Shown: positions 9,177 through 20,924 of the stretch, one piece after another
Layout of the letters: each line of letters begins with the position of its first letter
Numbering within the stretch: the stretch's first letter is position 1
NCBI GenBank assembly: GCA_963783375.1
Contig: CAWANH010000028.1
Span: forward strand, 1,824,001-1,888,000
Length of the DNA stretch: 64,000 bases
Direction of reading: 5' to 3'
From: Candidatus Eiseniibacteriota bacterium
GTDB taxonomy: Bacteria; Eisenbacteria; RBG-16-71-46; JABDJR01
The notes under the pieces: model-generated
Database searches by the model: none
Told to the model about the DNA's origin: nothing
The model's input: the letters and a program-made list of their open reading frames with translations, nothing else
Translations under genes and position numbers: made by a program

Positions 9177-11480
9177 TCAGCGCCGGTACGCTCTCCGGGC
9201 CGCGCCGGTCGAGGCCGGAGCCGACGCCCGCGCCGGGAGCCCCGCCCACCGCGTCCGTAGCCCGAGCACGAAGGCCACCACGCAGACGATCCCCACCGTG
9301 AACACGATGTCCCCGATCGCCCGCATCCAGCGCAGGTTCTGCATGAGCGGGGTGCCCAGGAACTCCGCCGACCGCGCGTACCAGAGCCCCTGGTGCATGC
9401 TGGCCCAGGTCTGCATGAGCCCCACCGGAAGGAGGCTCAGGGTCACCATCAGCACGAGCCCGGCGTTGAGGCTCCAGAACCCGACGGCGAGGAGCTTCGA
9501 GTTCCACACCCGGTCCAGGGAGAACCCGCGGAGGCAGAAGAGCGTGAGGCCGATTCCCAGCATTCCGTACACCCCGAAGAGCGCGGTGTGGCCGTGGACC
9601 GCGGTGGTGTTCAGCCCCTGCATGTAGTAGAGGGCCACCGGCGGGTTGATGAGGAAGCCGAAGAGCCCCGCCCCCACCAGGTTCCAGAACGCCACCGCCA
9701 CGAAGAAGTACACCGGCCACTTGTAGGCCTCCATCCAGGGCCGGGTCCGGGTGAGCTTCAGGTTGTCGTAGGCCTCGAAGCCCACCAGCACCAGGGGCAC
9801 GATCTCCAGCGCCGAGAACGTCGCCCCCAGGGCCAGGACCGCGGTGGGGGTGCCGGTGAAGTAGAGGTGGTGGAAGGTGCCGAGGATCCCTCCGAAGAGG
9901 AAGATGATGGTGGAGAAGAGGACCGAGGCGGTGGCGGTGGTGAGCCGCACCAGCCCCAACCGGGTGAAGAGGAAGGCGATGGCCGCGGTGGCGAAGACCT
10001 CGAAGAAGCCCTCCACCCAGAGGTGCACCACCCACCAGCGCCAGTACTCGGCCATGGCCAGGTTGGTGTGGCGGCCCCACATGAGCCCGGCCCCGTAGAA
10101 CGAGGCGATGGCCACCGCGGAGACCGTGAACATGCCGAGAAGGCTCTTGCTCTCGCCGGGTTTCCGGAACGCGGGCCAGAGGCCCCGCACCATGAGGGCC
10201 AGCCACACGAAGAGCCCCACGAAGAGGAACGCCTGCCAGAACCGGCCGAGGTCCACGTACTCGTAGCCCTGGTGGCCGAACCAGAAGCTCATGGCGTTCC
10301 CCATCTTCTGCTGAACGGAGAGCCACTCCCCGGCCATGGAGCCGGCCACGATCACCAGGAGCGCGGTGAAGAGGAAGTTCACCCCGAAGCGCTGGAACCT
10401 CGGTTCGCGACCGGAGACCGCCGGGGCGATGAAGAGCCCGGTGGCGAGCCAGGCGGTGGCGATCCAGAAGATGCCGAGCTGGGTGTGCCAGGTCCGGGTC
10501 ACCGCGTAGGGAAGGTACCTGGCCAGGGGAAACCCGTAGAACCCTTCCCCCTCCACCCCGTAGTGGGCGGTCACGATGCCCATGGCGATCTGGGCCAGCA
10601 TGAGGAGGCCCACCACCCAGAAGTACTTGAGGGTGGCCCGCATGGACGGGGTGAGGTTGAGGTTCATCAGCGGGTTGGTCTCGGGAACCACCGCCGGCGG
10701 CTCCTCGCGGCGGCGCTGGACGGCGAAGAACCAGACCAGCCCCCCGATCCCGGCCAGCAGCACCACGAAGCTCACCACCGACCAGAGGATGATGCTCTGG
10801 GTAGGGAGGTTGTCGATCAGGGGCTCGGCCGGCCAGTTGTTGGTGTAGGTGATGGCGGACCCCGGGCGGTCGGTGCTCGCGGCCCACGAGGCCCAGAAGA
10901 AGAACGCCCCGAGTTCGCGGCGCCGCTCCGGGGTCTTCAGCACTCCGGTGGGAAGGGCGTAGGCCTTCCGGAGCCGGACCATCTCCGGGGTGGCGGTCTC
11001 GCCGAAGAGGTCGGCGTAGTGGGCGGCGACCGCCTGGACGGCCTCGGCCCGGAGCGGCGAGACGGTCAGGGTTCCGGTGGCCGGGTCGTAGGTGTTGGTG
11101 CGGATGTCCTGCTTCAGCCGGGCCTTGAGCGCGGCCTGGGCTTCGGGGTCGAGCTCGGCGTAGGGAACCCCGTGGTCGGTGCGCGCCCAGGCGTCGAGCA
11201 TCCAGACCGCCTCGCGGTGCAGTCCGTCCGCGGACCAGTCGGGGGCCACGTAGGCTCCGTGGCCCCAGATGCTCCCGATCTCCTGGCCCCCCATGGACTG
11301 CCAGACGTTCTGGCCGTTCCGGATGTCCTGGCCGGTCATGAAGACCCGGCCGTCGGGGGTGGCCACCCGCTCGGGAATGGGAGGGGCCTGGCGGTAGATC
11401 TCGGTCCCGAAGTAACCCAGCACCCCGAAGGAGACCAGGGTGACCAGGATGAATCCGATCCAGAGCTTCTTGACGTTCAT
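9177..11480 (-). CDS. norZ: Quinol-dependent nitric oxide reductase (qNor)
   Basis: GSIWGHGAYVAPDWSAD, TNNWP, HLWVEGFFE, GTFHHLY, HGHTALFGVYG heme-copper oxidase motifs; 767 aa single subunit. Confidence 0.95.
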   Translation of the reverse strand: MNVKKLWIGFILVTLVSFGVLGYFGTEIYRQAPPIPERVATPDGRVFMTGQDIRNGQNVWQSMGGQEIGSIWGHGAYVAPDWSADGLHREAVWMLDAWARTDHGVPYAELDPEAQAALKARLKQDIRTNTYDPATGTLTVSPLRAEAVQAVAAHYADLFGETATPEMVRLRKAYALPTGVLKTPERRRELGAFFFWASWAASTDRPGSAITYTNNWPAEPLIDNLPTQSIILWSVVSFVVLLAGIGGLVWFFAVQRRREEPPAVVPETNPLMNLNLTPSMRATLKYFWVVGLLMLAQIAMGIVTAHYGVEGEGFYGFPLARYLPYAVTRTWHTQLGIFWIATAWLATGLFIAPAVSGREPRFQRFGVNFLFTALLVIVAGSMAGEWLSVQQKMGNAMSFWFGHQGYEYVDLGRFWQAFLFVGLFVWLALMVRGLWPAFRKPGESKSLLGMFTVSAVAIASFYGAGLMWGRHTNLAMAEYWRWWVVHLWVEGFFEVFATAAIAFLFTRLGLVRLTTATASVLFSTIIFLFGGILGTFHHLYFTGTPTAVLALGATFSALEIVPLVLVGFEAYDNLKLTRTRPWMEAYKWPVYFFVAVAFWNLVGAGLFGFLINPPVALYYMQGLNTTAVHGHTALFGVYGMLGIGLTLFCLRGFSLDRVWNSKLLAVGFWSLNAGLVLMVTLSLLPVGLMQTWASMHQGLWYARSAEFLGTPLMQNLRWMRAIGDIVFTVGIVCVVAFVLGLRTRWAGLPARASAPASTGAARRAYRR

Positions 11481-11604
11481 GGCGTTCGCGTCTCTCCCCC
11501 CGGTCTCCGCGGCCCCCCCCAGGGGGCCCGTTCCGGGCTTCAGGATCCGGCCGGCGCGTATCGTCCCGGGTCTGGGGCGGGAGGCCGGATCGATGTCCTG
11601 AGAG

Positions 11605-11690
11605 GGAGTATCGCACAGATTGATAGATATAAGGACCTTTTTATCTTGAATAAGTAACGTCTAGAAAATAGAATGGTTACAGGGCAGGTA
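11605..11690. promoter_or_regulatory. AT-rich divergent control region between qNor and Rrf2, with candidate regulator sites
   Basis: AT-rich patch in a GC-rich genome. Crp/Fnr-like TTGAT-AGAT-ATAAG at 11620-11633 and imperfect palindrome TAAGGACCTTTTTATCTTGA at 11630-11649. Confidence 0.4.
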
Positions 11691-11767
11691 AGCTTAGGCA
11701 CCCCGGATACCGGATGTTAGCATGCGATTGTCCGGCTTGACGCCCCAAAACGGGCGGGAGGAAGTGG

Positions 11768-12205
11768 ATGATCTCGCAGACCGCTGAATACGCCCTTCGA
11801 GCCGTCGTGTTTCTGGCCGAGAATCCCGACGCCCGGTGGACCACCCAGTCCATCGCCGAGGTCACCCAGGTCCCCGCCGGATACCTGGCCAAGGTGCTCC
11901 AGAATCTGGCCCGGGCCCAGGTGGTGGATTCCCAGCGGGGGGTACACGGAGGGTTCTCCCTCCGGAAACCCTCCTCCCAGCTCACCGTGCTGGAGATCAT
12001 CCAGGCGGTGGACCCGATCCGCCGGATTCGCGAGTGCCCCCTGAAGTTGGAAGCTCACGCCCACGAGCTCTGCCCCCTCCACTCCCGGTTGGACCAGGCC
12101 ATGGCCATGATCGAGAAGAGCTTCGGCGAATCCGTGATCGCCGATCTCATGACCCGGCCGACCTTTGCCAAGCCGGCCCCCCAGCCCGAGGAGAAGCGGG
12201 CCTAG
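11768..12205 (+). CDS. Rrf2 family transcriptional regulator (probable NO-responsive regulator of the qNor operon)
   Basis: ISQTAEYALRA, YLAKVLQNL, SQRGVHGGF, CPL...HELCPLH; divergent from norZ-ric-ywiC. Confidence 0.9.
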   Translation: MISQTAEYALRAVVFLAENPDARWTTQSIAEVTQVPAGYLAKVLQNLARAQVVDSQRGVHGGFSLRKPSSQLTVLEIIQAVDPIRRIRECPLKLEAHAHELCPLHSRLDQAMAMIEKSFGESVIADLMTRPTFAKPAPQPEEKRA

Positions 12206-12507
12206 CCCGGTCGCGGACCGGGCCGCCATCTCGTGAGCAAACCGGGCCTGGGCGAACCCCCGGGCCCGCCGCCGCCCCCGACTTCCCTCCGCGCCGGCTG
12301 TGTTATGCTCGGGCCACCATGCAAATCCTACCGACCGGGCACGCCCATCCCGCCACGGGAATCGTTTGGTCTGCGGTACCCCGCGGGCTCTAGCCCGCCT
12401 GCCTGCCCTCTGCTATTCCTTTTTGTTTTCCAACCGGTAAACGAAACGCCCGCCCACCCCGACCGTAGGGACAGGGGGGGCCGCGGCGCAGGGAGATCCG
12501 AGACCTC

Positions 12508-15150
12508 ATGACACGACCGGAAATGCCCAAGACCTACGATCCGCGCGCGACGGAGCCTCGGATCTATGCGCGGTGGGAGGAGGCCGGCGCCTTCGCCGCC
12601 CGCCCCAACCCGGACAAGCATCCCTTCACCATCATGATCCCTCCGCCCAACGTGACCGGGATCCTCCACATGGGGCACGCCCTGGACAACGCGCTCCAGG
12701 ACACCATGATCCGATTCCGGCGGATGCAGGGATTCGAGGCGCTCTGGCAGCCGGGAACCGACCACGCCGGGATCGCCACCCAGAACGCGGTGGAGCGCGC
12801 GCTTCGCGACGAGGGGAAGACCCGCCACGACCTGGGGCGGGAGGCGTTCGTGGAGCGGGTGTGGCAGTGGAAGGAGGAGAAGGGCGGGCACATCCTTCGC
12901 CAGCTTCGCACCCTGGGGGCGTCCGCCGACTGGGATCGCGCCCGGTTCACCATGGACGATGGGCTCTCCGCCGCGGTGGCGGAGGTGTTCGTGCGGCTCT
13001 ACGAGAAGGGGCTCATCTACCGCGGAAACTACATCGTCAACTGGTGCCCGCGCTGCCACACCGCCCTCTCGGACGAGGAGGTGGAGCACACCCAGGAGCA
13101 GTCGAAGCTCTGGTACGTCCGCTACCCCCTGAAGGACGAGCCGGGGCGGTTCGTGACCGTGGCCACCACCCGGCCCGAGACCATGCTCGGGGACACCGCG
13201 GTGGCCATCAACCCCGAGAGCCCCCGGACCGCGCATCTCCGCGGGAAGACCGCGGTGCTCCCCTTCATCGAGCGGGAGCTCCCGATCGTCGAGGACGCCT
13301 ACGTCGAGGCGGATTTCGGGGCCGGGGCGCTCAAGGTGACCCCCGCTCACGACGTGAACGACTTCGAGATCGGAAAACGCCACGACCTCCCTGCGGTCAC
13401 CGTCCTGGACGAGGAAGGGAAGGTGAACGAGAACGGCGGTGAGTTCCGGGGGCTGGACCGCTACGAGGCCCGGAAACGGATCGTGGCCCGCCTGGAGGAG
13501 ATGGGGCTCCTGGAGAAGATCGAGGAGAACCCCAACGCTCTCGGCCGCTGCCACCGGTGCAATACCGTGGTGGAGCCGCGGCTCTCCACCCAGTGGTTCG
13601 TCAGGATGAAGCCGTTGGCCGAGCCGGCCCTGGCCGCCCACCGGAATGGCGACGTCCGCTTCATTCCCGAGCACTGGGGGAAGACCTACACCCACTGGCT
13701 GGAGAACATCCGGGACTGGGTGATCTCCCGCCAGCTCTGGTGGGGGCACCGGATCCCGGTCTGGTACTGCGACGGCTGCGGGAAGGAGATCGTCGCGCGA
13801 ACCGCGCCGGAGGCGTGTCCCGACTGCGGAGAGAGCGAACCGCGCCAGGACCCCGACGTCCTCGACACCTGGTTCTCGTCCTGGCTCTGGCCGTTTTCGA
13901 CCCTGGGCTGGCCCACGGAGACCCCGGACCTGGCCTATTTCTATCCGACCCGCTGGCTCACCACCGGGCCCGACATCATCTTCTTCTGGGTGGCCCGGAT
14001 GATCATGGCCGGGATCGAGTTCACCGGCGCGGTGCCCTTCCGCGAGGTCTACCTCCACGGGATCGTCCGGGACGAGAAGGGGCGGAAGATGTCGAAGAGC
14101 CTCGGGAACAGCCCCGACCCCATCGACATCATCCAGGAGTACGGGGCCGACGCCCTCCGCTTCACCCTGATCGCGCTCACCCCCACCGGTCAGGACGTCC
14201 AGTTCAGCGCCCAGAAGTGCGAGCTGGGGCGAAACTTCGCCAACAAGATCTGGAACGCGAACCGGTTCCTGCTCATGAACCTCGAGGACTACGACCCGAG
14301 GGCCGAGACGGCGGAGCCCGACCTGGCCGACCGCTGGATTCTCTCCCGGCTGGACCGGGTGATCGGGTCGGTGAGCCGGGCGCTGGAGGAGAACCGCTTC
14401 TCCGACGCCGCCTGGGCCCTCTATGATTTCTTCTGGAAGGAGACCTGCGACTGGTACCTGGAGCTGGCCAAGACCCGGCTCTACGGAGACGATCTTCCCG
14501 CGCGGCGCCGGGCCCAGGGAACCGCGGTCACCGTGATGCGGGAGGGGTTGGCGCTGCTCCATCCGCTGTACCCGTTCCTGACCGAGGAGATCTGGGCGTT
14601 CCTCCCCGGCGGCCCGGACGCGTTGATCCGCGCGCGCTGGCCGGAGCCCGCCGGTCGCCTCGACGAGGCGGCGGAGCGGGAGATGGCGCTCCTCCAGGGG
14701 GCGGTCATCGCGATCCGGAACATGCGGGCGGAGATGAACGTGCCGCCGGGAAGCCGGGTGTCGGTGGTGGTGAAGGCCGGGGCCGAGGCGGCCTCGGTGC
14801 TCGAGCGGGGGCGCGCGTTCCTGGAGAGCCTGGCCAGGGTGGAGTCGATGACCGTCGGGCCCGACCTGGCCAAGCCTCCCCAGTCGGCGAGCGCGGTCTT
14901 CGAGGGCACGGAGATCCACCTTCCCCTCAAGGGGTTGATCGATCTCGAGGCCGAGGGCCGGCGGCTGGAGAAGAAGCGGGACGAGCTGACCCGGGGGATC
15001 GAGGCCGCGGACCGGAAGCTGGCCAACCAGCAGTTCGTGGACCGGGCCCCGGCCGAGGTGGTGGCCGCGGAGCGGGAGCGCCGGGAGAGCATGGCCGCGG
15101 ACCTGGAGGCGGTGGAGCGGAACCGGGCCGCGCTCCTGGACGAGAGCTAG
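12508..15150 (+). CDS. valS: Valine--tRNA ligase
   Basis: PPPNVTGILHMGH, KMSKS, DW.ISRQLWWGHRIP, C-terminal coiled coil. Confidence 0.98.
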   Translation: MTRPEMPKTYDPRATEPRIYARWEEAGAFAARPNPDKHPFTIMIPPPNVTGILHMGHALDNALQDTMIRFRRMQGFEALWQPGTDHAGIATQNAVERALRDEGKTRHDLGREAFVERVWQWKEEKGGHILRQLRTLGASADWDRARFTMDDGLSAAVAEVFVRLYEKGLIYRGNYIVNWCPRCHTALSDEEVEHTQEQSKLWYVRYPLKDEPGRFVTVATTRPETMLGDTAVAINPESPRTAHLRGKTAVLPFIERELPIVEDAYVEADFGAGALKVTPAHDVNDFEIGKRHDLPAVTVLDEEGKVNENGGEFRGLDRYEARKRIVARLEEMGLLEKIEENPNALGRCHRCNTVVEPRLSTQWFVRMKPLAEPALAAHRNGDVRFIPEHWGKTYTHWLENIRDWVISRQLWWGHRIPVWYCDGCGKEIVARTAPEACPDCGESEPRQDPDVLDTWFSSWLWPFSTLGWPTETPDLAYFYPTRWLTTGPDIIFFWVARMIMAGIEFTGAVPFREVYLHGIVRDEKGRKMSKSLGNSPDPIDIIQEYGADALRFTLIALTPTGQDVQFSAQKCELGRNFANKIWNANRFLLMNLEDYDPRAETAEPDLADRWILSRLDRVIGSVSRALEENRFSDAAWALYDFFWKETCDWYLELAKTRLYGDDLPARRRAQGTAVTVMREGLALLHPLYPFLTEEIWAFLPGGPDALIRARWPEPAGRLDEAAEREMALLQGAVIAIRNMRAEMNVPPGSRVSVVVKAGAEAASVLERGRAFLESLARVESMTVGPDLAKPPQSASAVFEGTEIHLPLKGLIDLEAEGRRLEKKRDELTRGIEAADRKLANQQFVDRAPAEVVAAERERRESMAADLEAVERNRAALLDES

Positions 15151-15242
15151 ACCGACCCCCGCGGGGCCGGCGACGGATTTCGAGCGGGCCGATAGACCGG
15201 GAGCGCGCGGTGCGTTCCCGACATCACCGGGAGGTGATCCTC

Positions 15243-16649
15243 ATGAAGACGTTGAACGTGAATCGCAAGCACTCGTTCGTCGCCGCGGCGGCCCTGGCCG
15301 TCCTGTTCCTCGCCGGGGGTGTGGCCTTGGCCGCTCCCGGCGGGAGCGCCGAACACGAATCGGTGTCCCTGACCGTCTACAACCAGAACTTCGCCCTGGT
15401 GAAGGACGTCCGCGTCCTGGATCTGGTCAAGGGGAACCAGGAGAAGCGGATCGACGACGTGGCCGCCTCGATCGATGCCACCTCGGTCCACTTCGCCGCC
15501 CTCGATCATCCCGGGGACGTCGCGGTGCTGGAGCAGAACTTCCAGTACGACCTGGCCTCGGCCGACCGGTTGCTCGACCGCTACCTGAACCTGAAGGTCA
15601 CCGCGGTGCTCAAGGATGGGACCACCCGGGAGGGGACCCTCCTCTCCCATGACGGAAACTCACTGGTTCTCGCGGCCGACGCCGGCGGAGCGGTGCTGGT
15701 GAACCGCGCCGAGGTGCGCGACGTCCGGCTGGGGGAGATCCCCGGCGGATTGGTGGTGAAGCCCACCCTGGTCTGGACCCTGGCCAGCGACCGCGCCGGG
15801 AAGGAGCGGGCGGAGATCTCCTACCTCACCGACAACGTCAACTGGCACGCGGAGTACGTGGCGGTGGTGAACCAGAAGGACACCGGCTTGAAGCTCGACG
15901 GATGGGTGTCCCTGGACAACAAGTCCGGGGCGACCTACCGGAACGCCAAGCTGAAGCTGGTGGCCGGGGACGTCCACCGGGTCCAGCCGGAGCAGCCGAT
16001 CCGACCCATGGTCTCGGACATGATGCAGATGAAGGCGGCGGGGGCCCCCCAGTTCGAGGAGCACCCGTTCTTCGAGTACCACATCTACACCCTCGAGCGC
16101 CCGGCCACGGTGGCCGACCGCGAGACCAAGCAGCTCTCGCTCTTTCCTTCCGCCGTCGCCTCGGCCCGGAAGGTCTTCACCTACGACGGCCAGCGGAACC
16201 CCAAGGACGTCACGGTGGAGATGGAGTTCGCCAACGCCAAGGACAACGGCCTGGGGATGGCGCTACCGGCGGGAAAGGTCCGGGTGTTCAAGGAGGACGC
16301 GGACGGATCGCTGGAGTTCGTGGGGGAGGACGCCATCGACCACACCCCCCGGGACGAGAAGGTGCGGGTGTACCTGGGGAACGCCTTCGACGTGGTGGGG
16401 GAGCGGACCCAGACCGACTTCCAGCGGATCTCCAACCGGACCACCGAGCAGAGCGTGAAAATCGAGGTCAGGAACCACAAGAAGGAGGCGATCCGGGTCA
16501 CGGTGGTGGAGCACGTCTCCGGGGACTGGACGATCACCCAGAAGAGCCAGGACTTCGAGAAGAAGGACGCCCGGACGATCGAGTTCACGGTTCCGGTGGC
16601 CGCCGACGGAACCGCGACCGTGACCTATACCGTGCGGACCACGAACTAG
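15243..16649 (+). CDS. Secreted DUF4139/DUF4140 family protein
   Basis: Signal peptide, SLTVYNQNFALVKD, EQNFQYDL, LPAGKVRVF, EDAIDHTP; GAGGTG RBS before ATG 15243. Confidence 0.85.
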   Translation: MKTLNVNRKHSFVAAAALAVLFLAGGVALAAPGGSAEHESVSLTVYNQNFALVKDVRVLDLVKGNQEKRIDDVAASIDATSVHFAALDHPGDVAVLEQNFQYDLASADRLLDRYLNLKVTAVLKDGTTREGTLLSHDGNSLVLAADAGGAVLVNRAEVRDVRLGEIPGGLVVKPTLVWTLASDRAGKERAEISYLTDNVNWHAEYVAVVNQKDTGLKLDGWVSLDNKSGATYRNAKLKLVAGDVHRVQPEQPIRPMVSDMMQMKAAGAPQFEEHPFFEYHIYTLERPATVADRETKQLSLFPSAVASARKVFTYDGQRNPKDVTVEMEFANAKDNGLGMALPAGKVRVFKEDADGSLEFVGEDAIDHTPRDEKVRVYLGNAFDVVGERTQTDFQRISNRTTEQSVKIEVRNHKKEAIRVTVVEHVSGDWTITQKSQDFEKKDARTIEFTVPVAADGTATVTYTVRTTN

Positions 16650-16679
16650 CCGGAATCCCGCCGCTCCGGACGACGCAGA

Positions 16680-16714
16680 GAACCGCCCCAGGGGTGACCC
16701 CCCCGGGGCGGTTC
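16680..16714. terminator. Hairpin between convergent genes (probable bidirectional terminator)
   Basis: GAACCGCCCC...GGGGCGGTTC inverted repeat followed by GCGTTT. Confidence 0.6.
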
Positions 16715-16770
16715 GCGTTTCGAGCCGGAACCGGGCGCGGGCCCCGGAGATGACGGCGTTCCACGACTCC

Positions 16771-17376
16771 CTACTGGAGCTTCGACGCCTCCCGCCTGGC
16801 CAGGGGGATCAGGTCCTCGGCGAGGATCCCCGGCGCGCTCGCGCATCCCGCGTATTCGCGGTCGAAGGTCGCATCCACCGTGACCACGATGTTGCAGGGG
16901 ATCTCGTTCACGCACTGCTCGGAGGGACCGCTCACCGTGATGCTGCTGGTGGCGGTCATGGTGAAGTGGGTGTCGCTCAGCACCGTGATCTTCCCGGTGA
17001 TGGTGGTGGTGGTGATGCAGGGCTCGGTGGTGTCGGCGTAGGTGCACGTGAAATCGATGTGATCCGAGGCCTCGGTGACCGAGCAGGAGCCCAGCTCCCC
17101 GTCACTGAAGTCCGTGATGCTCTCGCCGTTGGGATCGCACACCGTATCCGCAAAGGTCTGGTTCAGGCCGGGGATCTGGTTGCAGACCCCGCCCCCGGTG
17201 TAGGAACCGGTCAGGTGGGCGTTCCAGATCCCGGCCTTGATGTTGAGGTTCTCGAAGGTGCCGGGGTCCACCCCGCCGCTGCTCCCGTTCTTGTTGTCGT
17301 TCCCCCCGCAACCCAGGGCGACGGCGACGGCGAGGACGGGAATCGAGGCCAGAAGGAGTCGGGTCATGAGCTTCAT
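16771..17376 (-). CDS. Cys-rich beta-strand lipoprotein (paralog 3 of tandem array)
   Basis: Lipobox VALGC, LNIKAGIW motif, Thr/Cys-rich, RBS GGAGG. Confidence 0.75.
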   Translation of the reverse strand: MKLMTRLLLASIPVLAVAVALGCGGNDNKNGSSGGVDPGTFENLNIKAGIWNAHLTGSYTGGGVCNQIPGLNQTFADTVCDPNGESITDFSDGELGSCSVTEASDHIDFTCTYADTTEPCITTTTITGKITVLSDTHFTMTATSSITVSGPSEQCVNEIPCNIVVTVDATFDREYAGCASAPGILAEDLIPLARREASKLQ

Positions 17377-17550
17377 GGGGGGATACCTCCATCGGGTGGG
17401 CGGAATGGGATGGGTGGGCCTGAGGCGTCGATACTACGGAGATCGAATCGGATTGCAAGAGGGCTCCCGGGTTCTCGGCAAGGCGGAGTCCGCGGAATAC
17501 CGAACCCGTGGGGATCGGGGACGGCAAGGGCGGCCCCGCGCGGCCGACGG

Positions 17551-18156
17551 CTACGGCGCGGGAATCACCCGGGCCAGAACCGAGTCCAGGAGCCGGCTCA
17601 CCCGCTCCGGGCTTGCGGAGAGCGTATCGGATGGGCAGCCCTCGGCCCCATCGCTGCTCATCCAGGTCCCCGTCACCACCGCGTGGGCGGTGCAATCCGA
17701 AACGTAGCTCCTGTACACCGAGCAGGGGGGGTCGGGTCCGGTGAGGGTCTCGCGCTGATCGGTGGTGATGGTGAAGGTGGTGTCGGTCACCGTCCCCTGG
17801 CCGCTCAGCTCGATCAGGATCTTGCAGGGATCCACGTTGGACACCGTCCCGGTGCAGTCGAAGGTGAAGCTCTCCCCGTCCAGGTTGACGTCGCAGGCGA
17901 ACCGGAACGCGCCCCCCCCGGCGGTGAAATCGACCCCGCAGAGGGTGTCGGAGACGGTCTGGGTGACCGGGGACTTGGCCGCGCAGGAGTCGGCCCCGGT
18001 GTAGGTCACCACGCTCACCACCTCCCAGGTTCCGTTGCGGACGTCCACGGTGGTGGGCGTCTTCGGGGTGGAACTCGACCCGCCCCCGCAGCCGATCGCC
18101 GCCGCCGCGGCCAGGAGCAGGAGGGTCCGTCCGATCCGTATCAACCTGTGGGTCAT
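17551..18156 (-). CDS. Cys-rich beta-strand lipoprotein (paralog 2)
   Basis: Signal MTHRLIRIG...AAIGC, VDVRNGTW motif, DTLC/FDCTG cysteine pattern. Confidence 0.75.
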   Translation of the reverse strand: MTHRLIRIGRTLLLLAAAAAIGCGGGSSSTPKTPTTVDVRNGTWEVVSVVTYTGADSCAAKSPVTQTVSDTLCGVDFTAGGGAFRFACDVNLDGESFTFDCTGTVSNVDPCKILIELSGQGTVTDTTFTITTDQRETLTGPDPPCSVYRSYVSDCTAHAVVTGTWMSSDGAEGCPSDTLSASPERVSRLLDSVLARVIPAP

Positions 18157-18203
18157 GCGTTGCCTTTCGCCGATTCCGGGGTCTTCGCCCCCCCTTCGGG
18201 TCC

Positions 18204-18716
18204 TCACGATCCGCTCGAGCAGGGCCCGGGATCCTTCCACTGGCCGGTCAGGTTCACCAGATAGGTGCAGGCGGGGGTTCCGTTCGAGGCCACCTCGACC
18301 GTCATGTTGACCGAGAAGTACTCACGATTCTGGGCGATCACCCCGGAGCCGCTCCCGCTGTAGCTGATCACCGCCGTCCCCACCTGGTAGCTCCCGTTGC
18401 AGTTGCCGGTAATCTGGCTCCCGCTCACCGAGAAGGTGCAGTTGATCCCGAACCCCTTGGCCTGCTGGGCGAGGTCGATCCCGTCGCAGAAGGCCAGGCT
18501 CCGCTGGTCGGGCTGGATGGGGATGCACGATCCCGACTGGCTGGTGAAGGTCATGGCCAGATCCCAGTTCCCGGGCTTGACGTCCAGCACCGCGGCCTTC
18601 TCGTTCCCGTTTCCCCCCGGGTCGGTCACCCCGCCTCCGCTTCCGTTGCAGGCGGCGAGCAGGGGAAGGACGGCGGCCAGGGCGAGGAGGAACATCCGGG
18701 TCCGGGTTCGCTTCAT
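18204..18716 (-). CDS. Cys-rich beta-strand lipoprotein (paralog 1)
   Basis: Lipobox LLAAC, LDVKPGNW motif, RBS AAGGAG. Confidence 0.75.
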   Translation of the reverse strand: MKRTRTRMFLLALAAVLPLLAACNGSGGGVTDPGGNGNEKAAVLDVKPGNWDLAMTFTSQSGSCIPIQPDQRSLAFCDGIDLAQQAKGFGINCTFSVSGSQITGNCNGSYQVGTAVISYSGSGSGVIAQNREYFSVNMTVEVASNGTPACTYLVNLTGQWKDPGPCSSGS

Positions 18717-18858
18717 GACGGCTCCTTCGAGCGGTGGTCGAGGTCTCGGCGGCGCCCCACCGGGAGCGTCCCGAATCGTGAACGGACGATTCTGACCGCT
18801 CCCCGTGGGGTTTGTCCACTGTCACCGGTCATCGGCCGGGTCGTATACTCTCTTGCCC

Positions 18859-20874
<2,016 letters not shown>

Positions 20875-20924
20875 GGCAGTTCGCCCCCGCGGACCCGGGC
20901 CGCCCGGGGAGGAAGGAACGGATC

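Noticed and set aside
12206-12507. Possible T-box or riboswitch leader upstream of valS
   Set aside because: No T-box consensus (AAGGTGGTACCGCG-like with antiterminator) or terminator could be supported.
18717-18858. SOS/LexA box upstream of uvrB
   Set aside because: No recognisable palindrome of a known LexA type.
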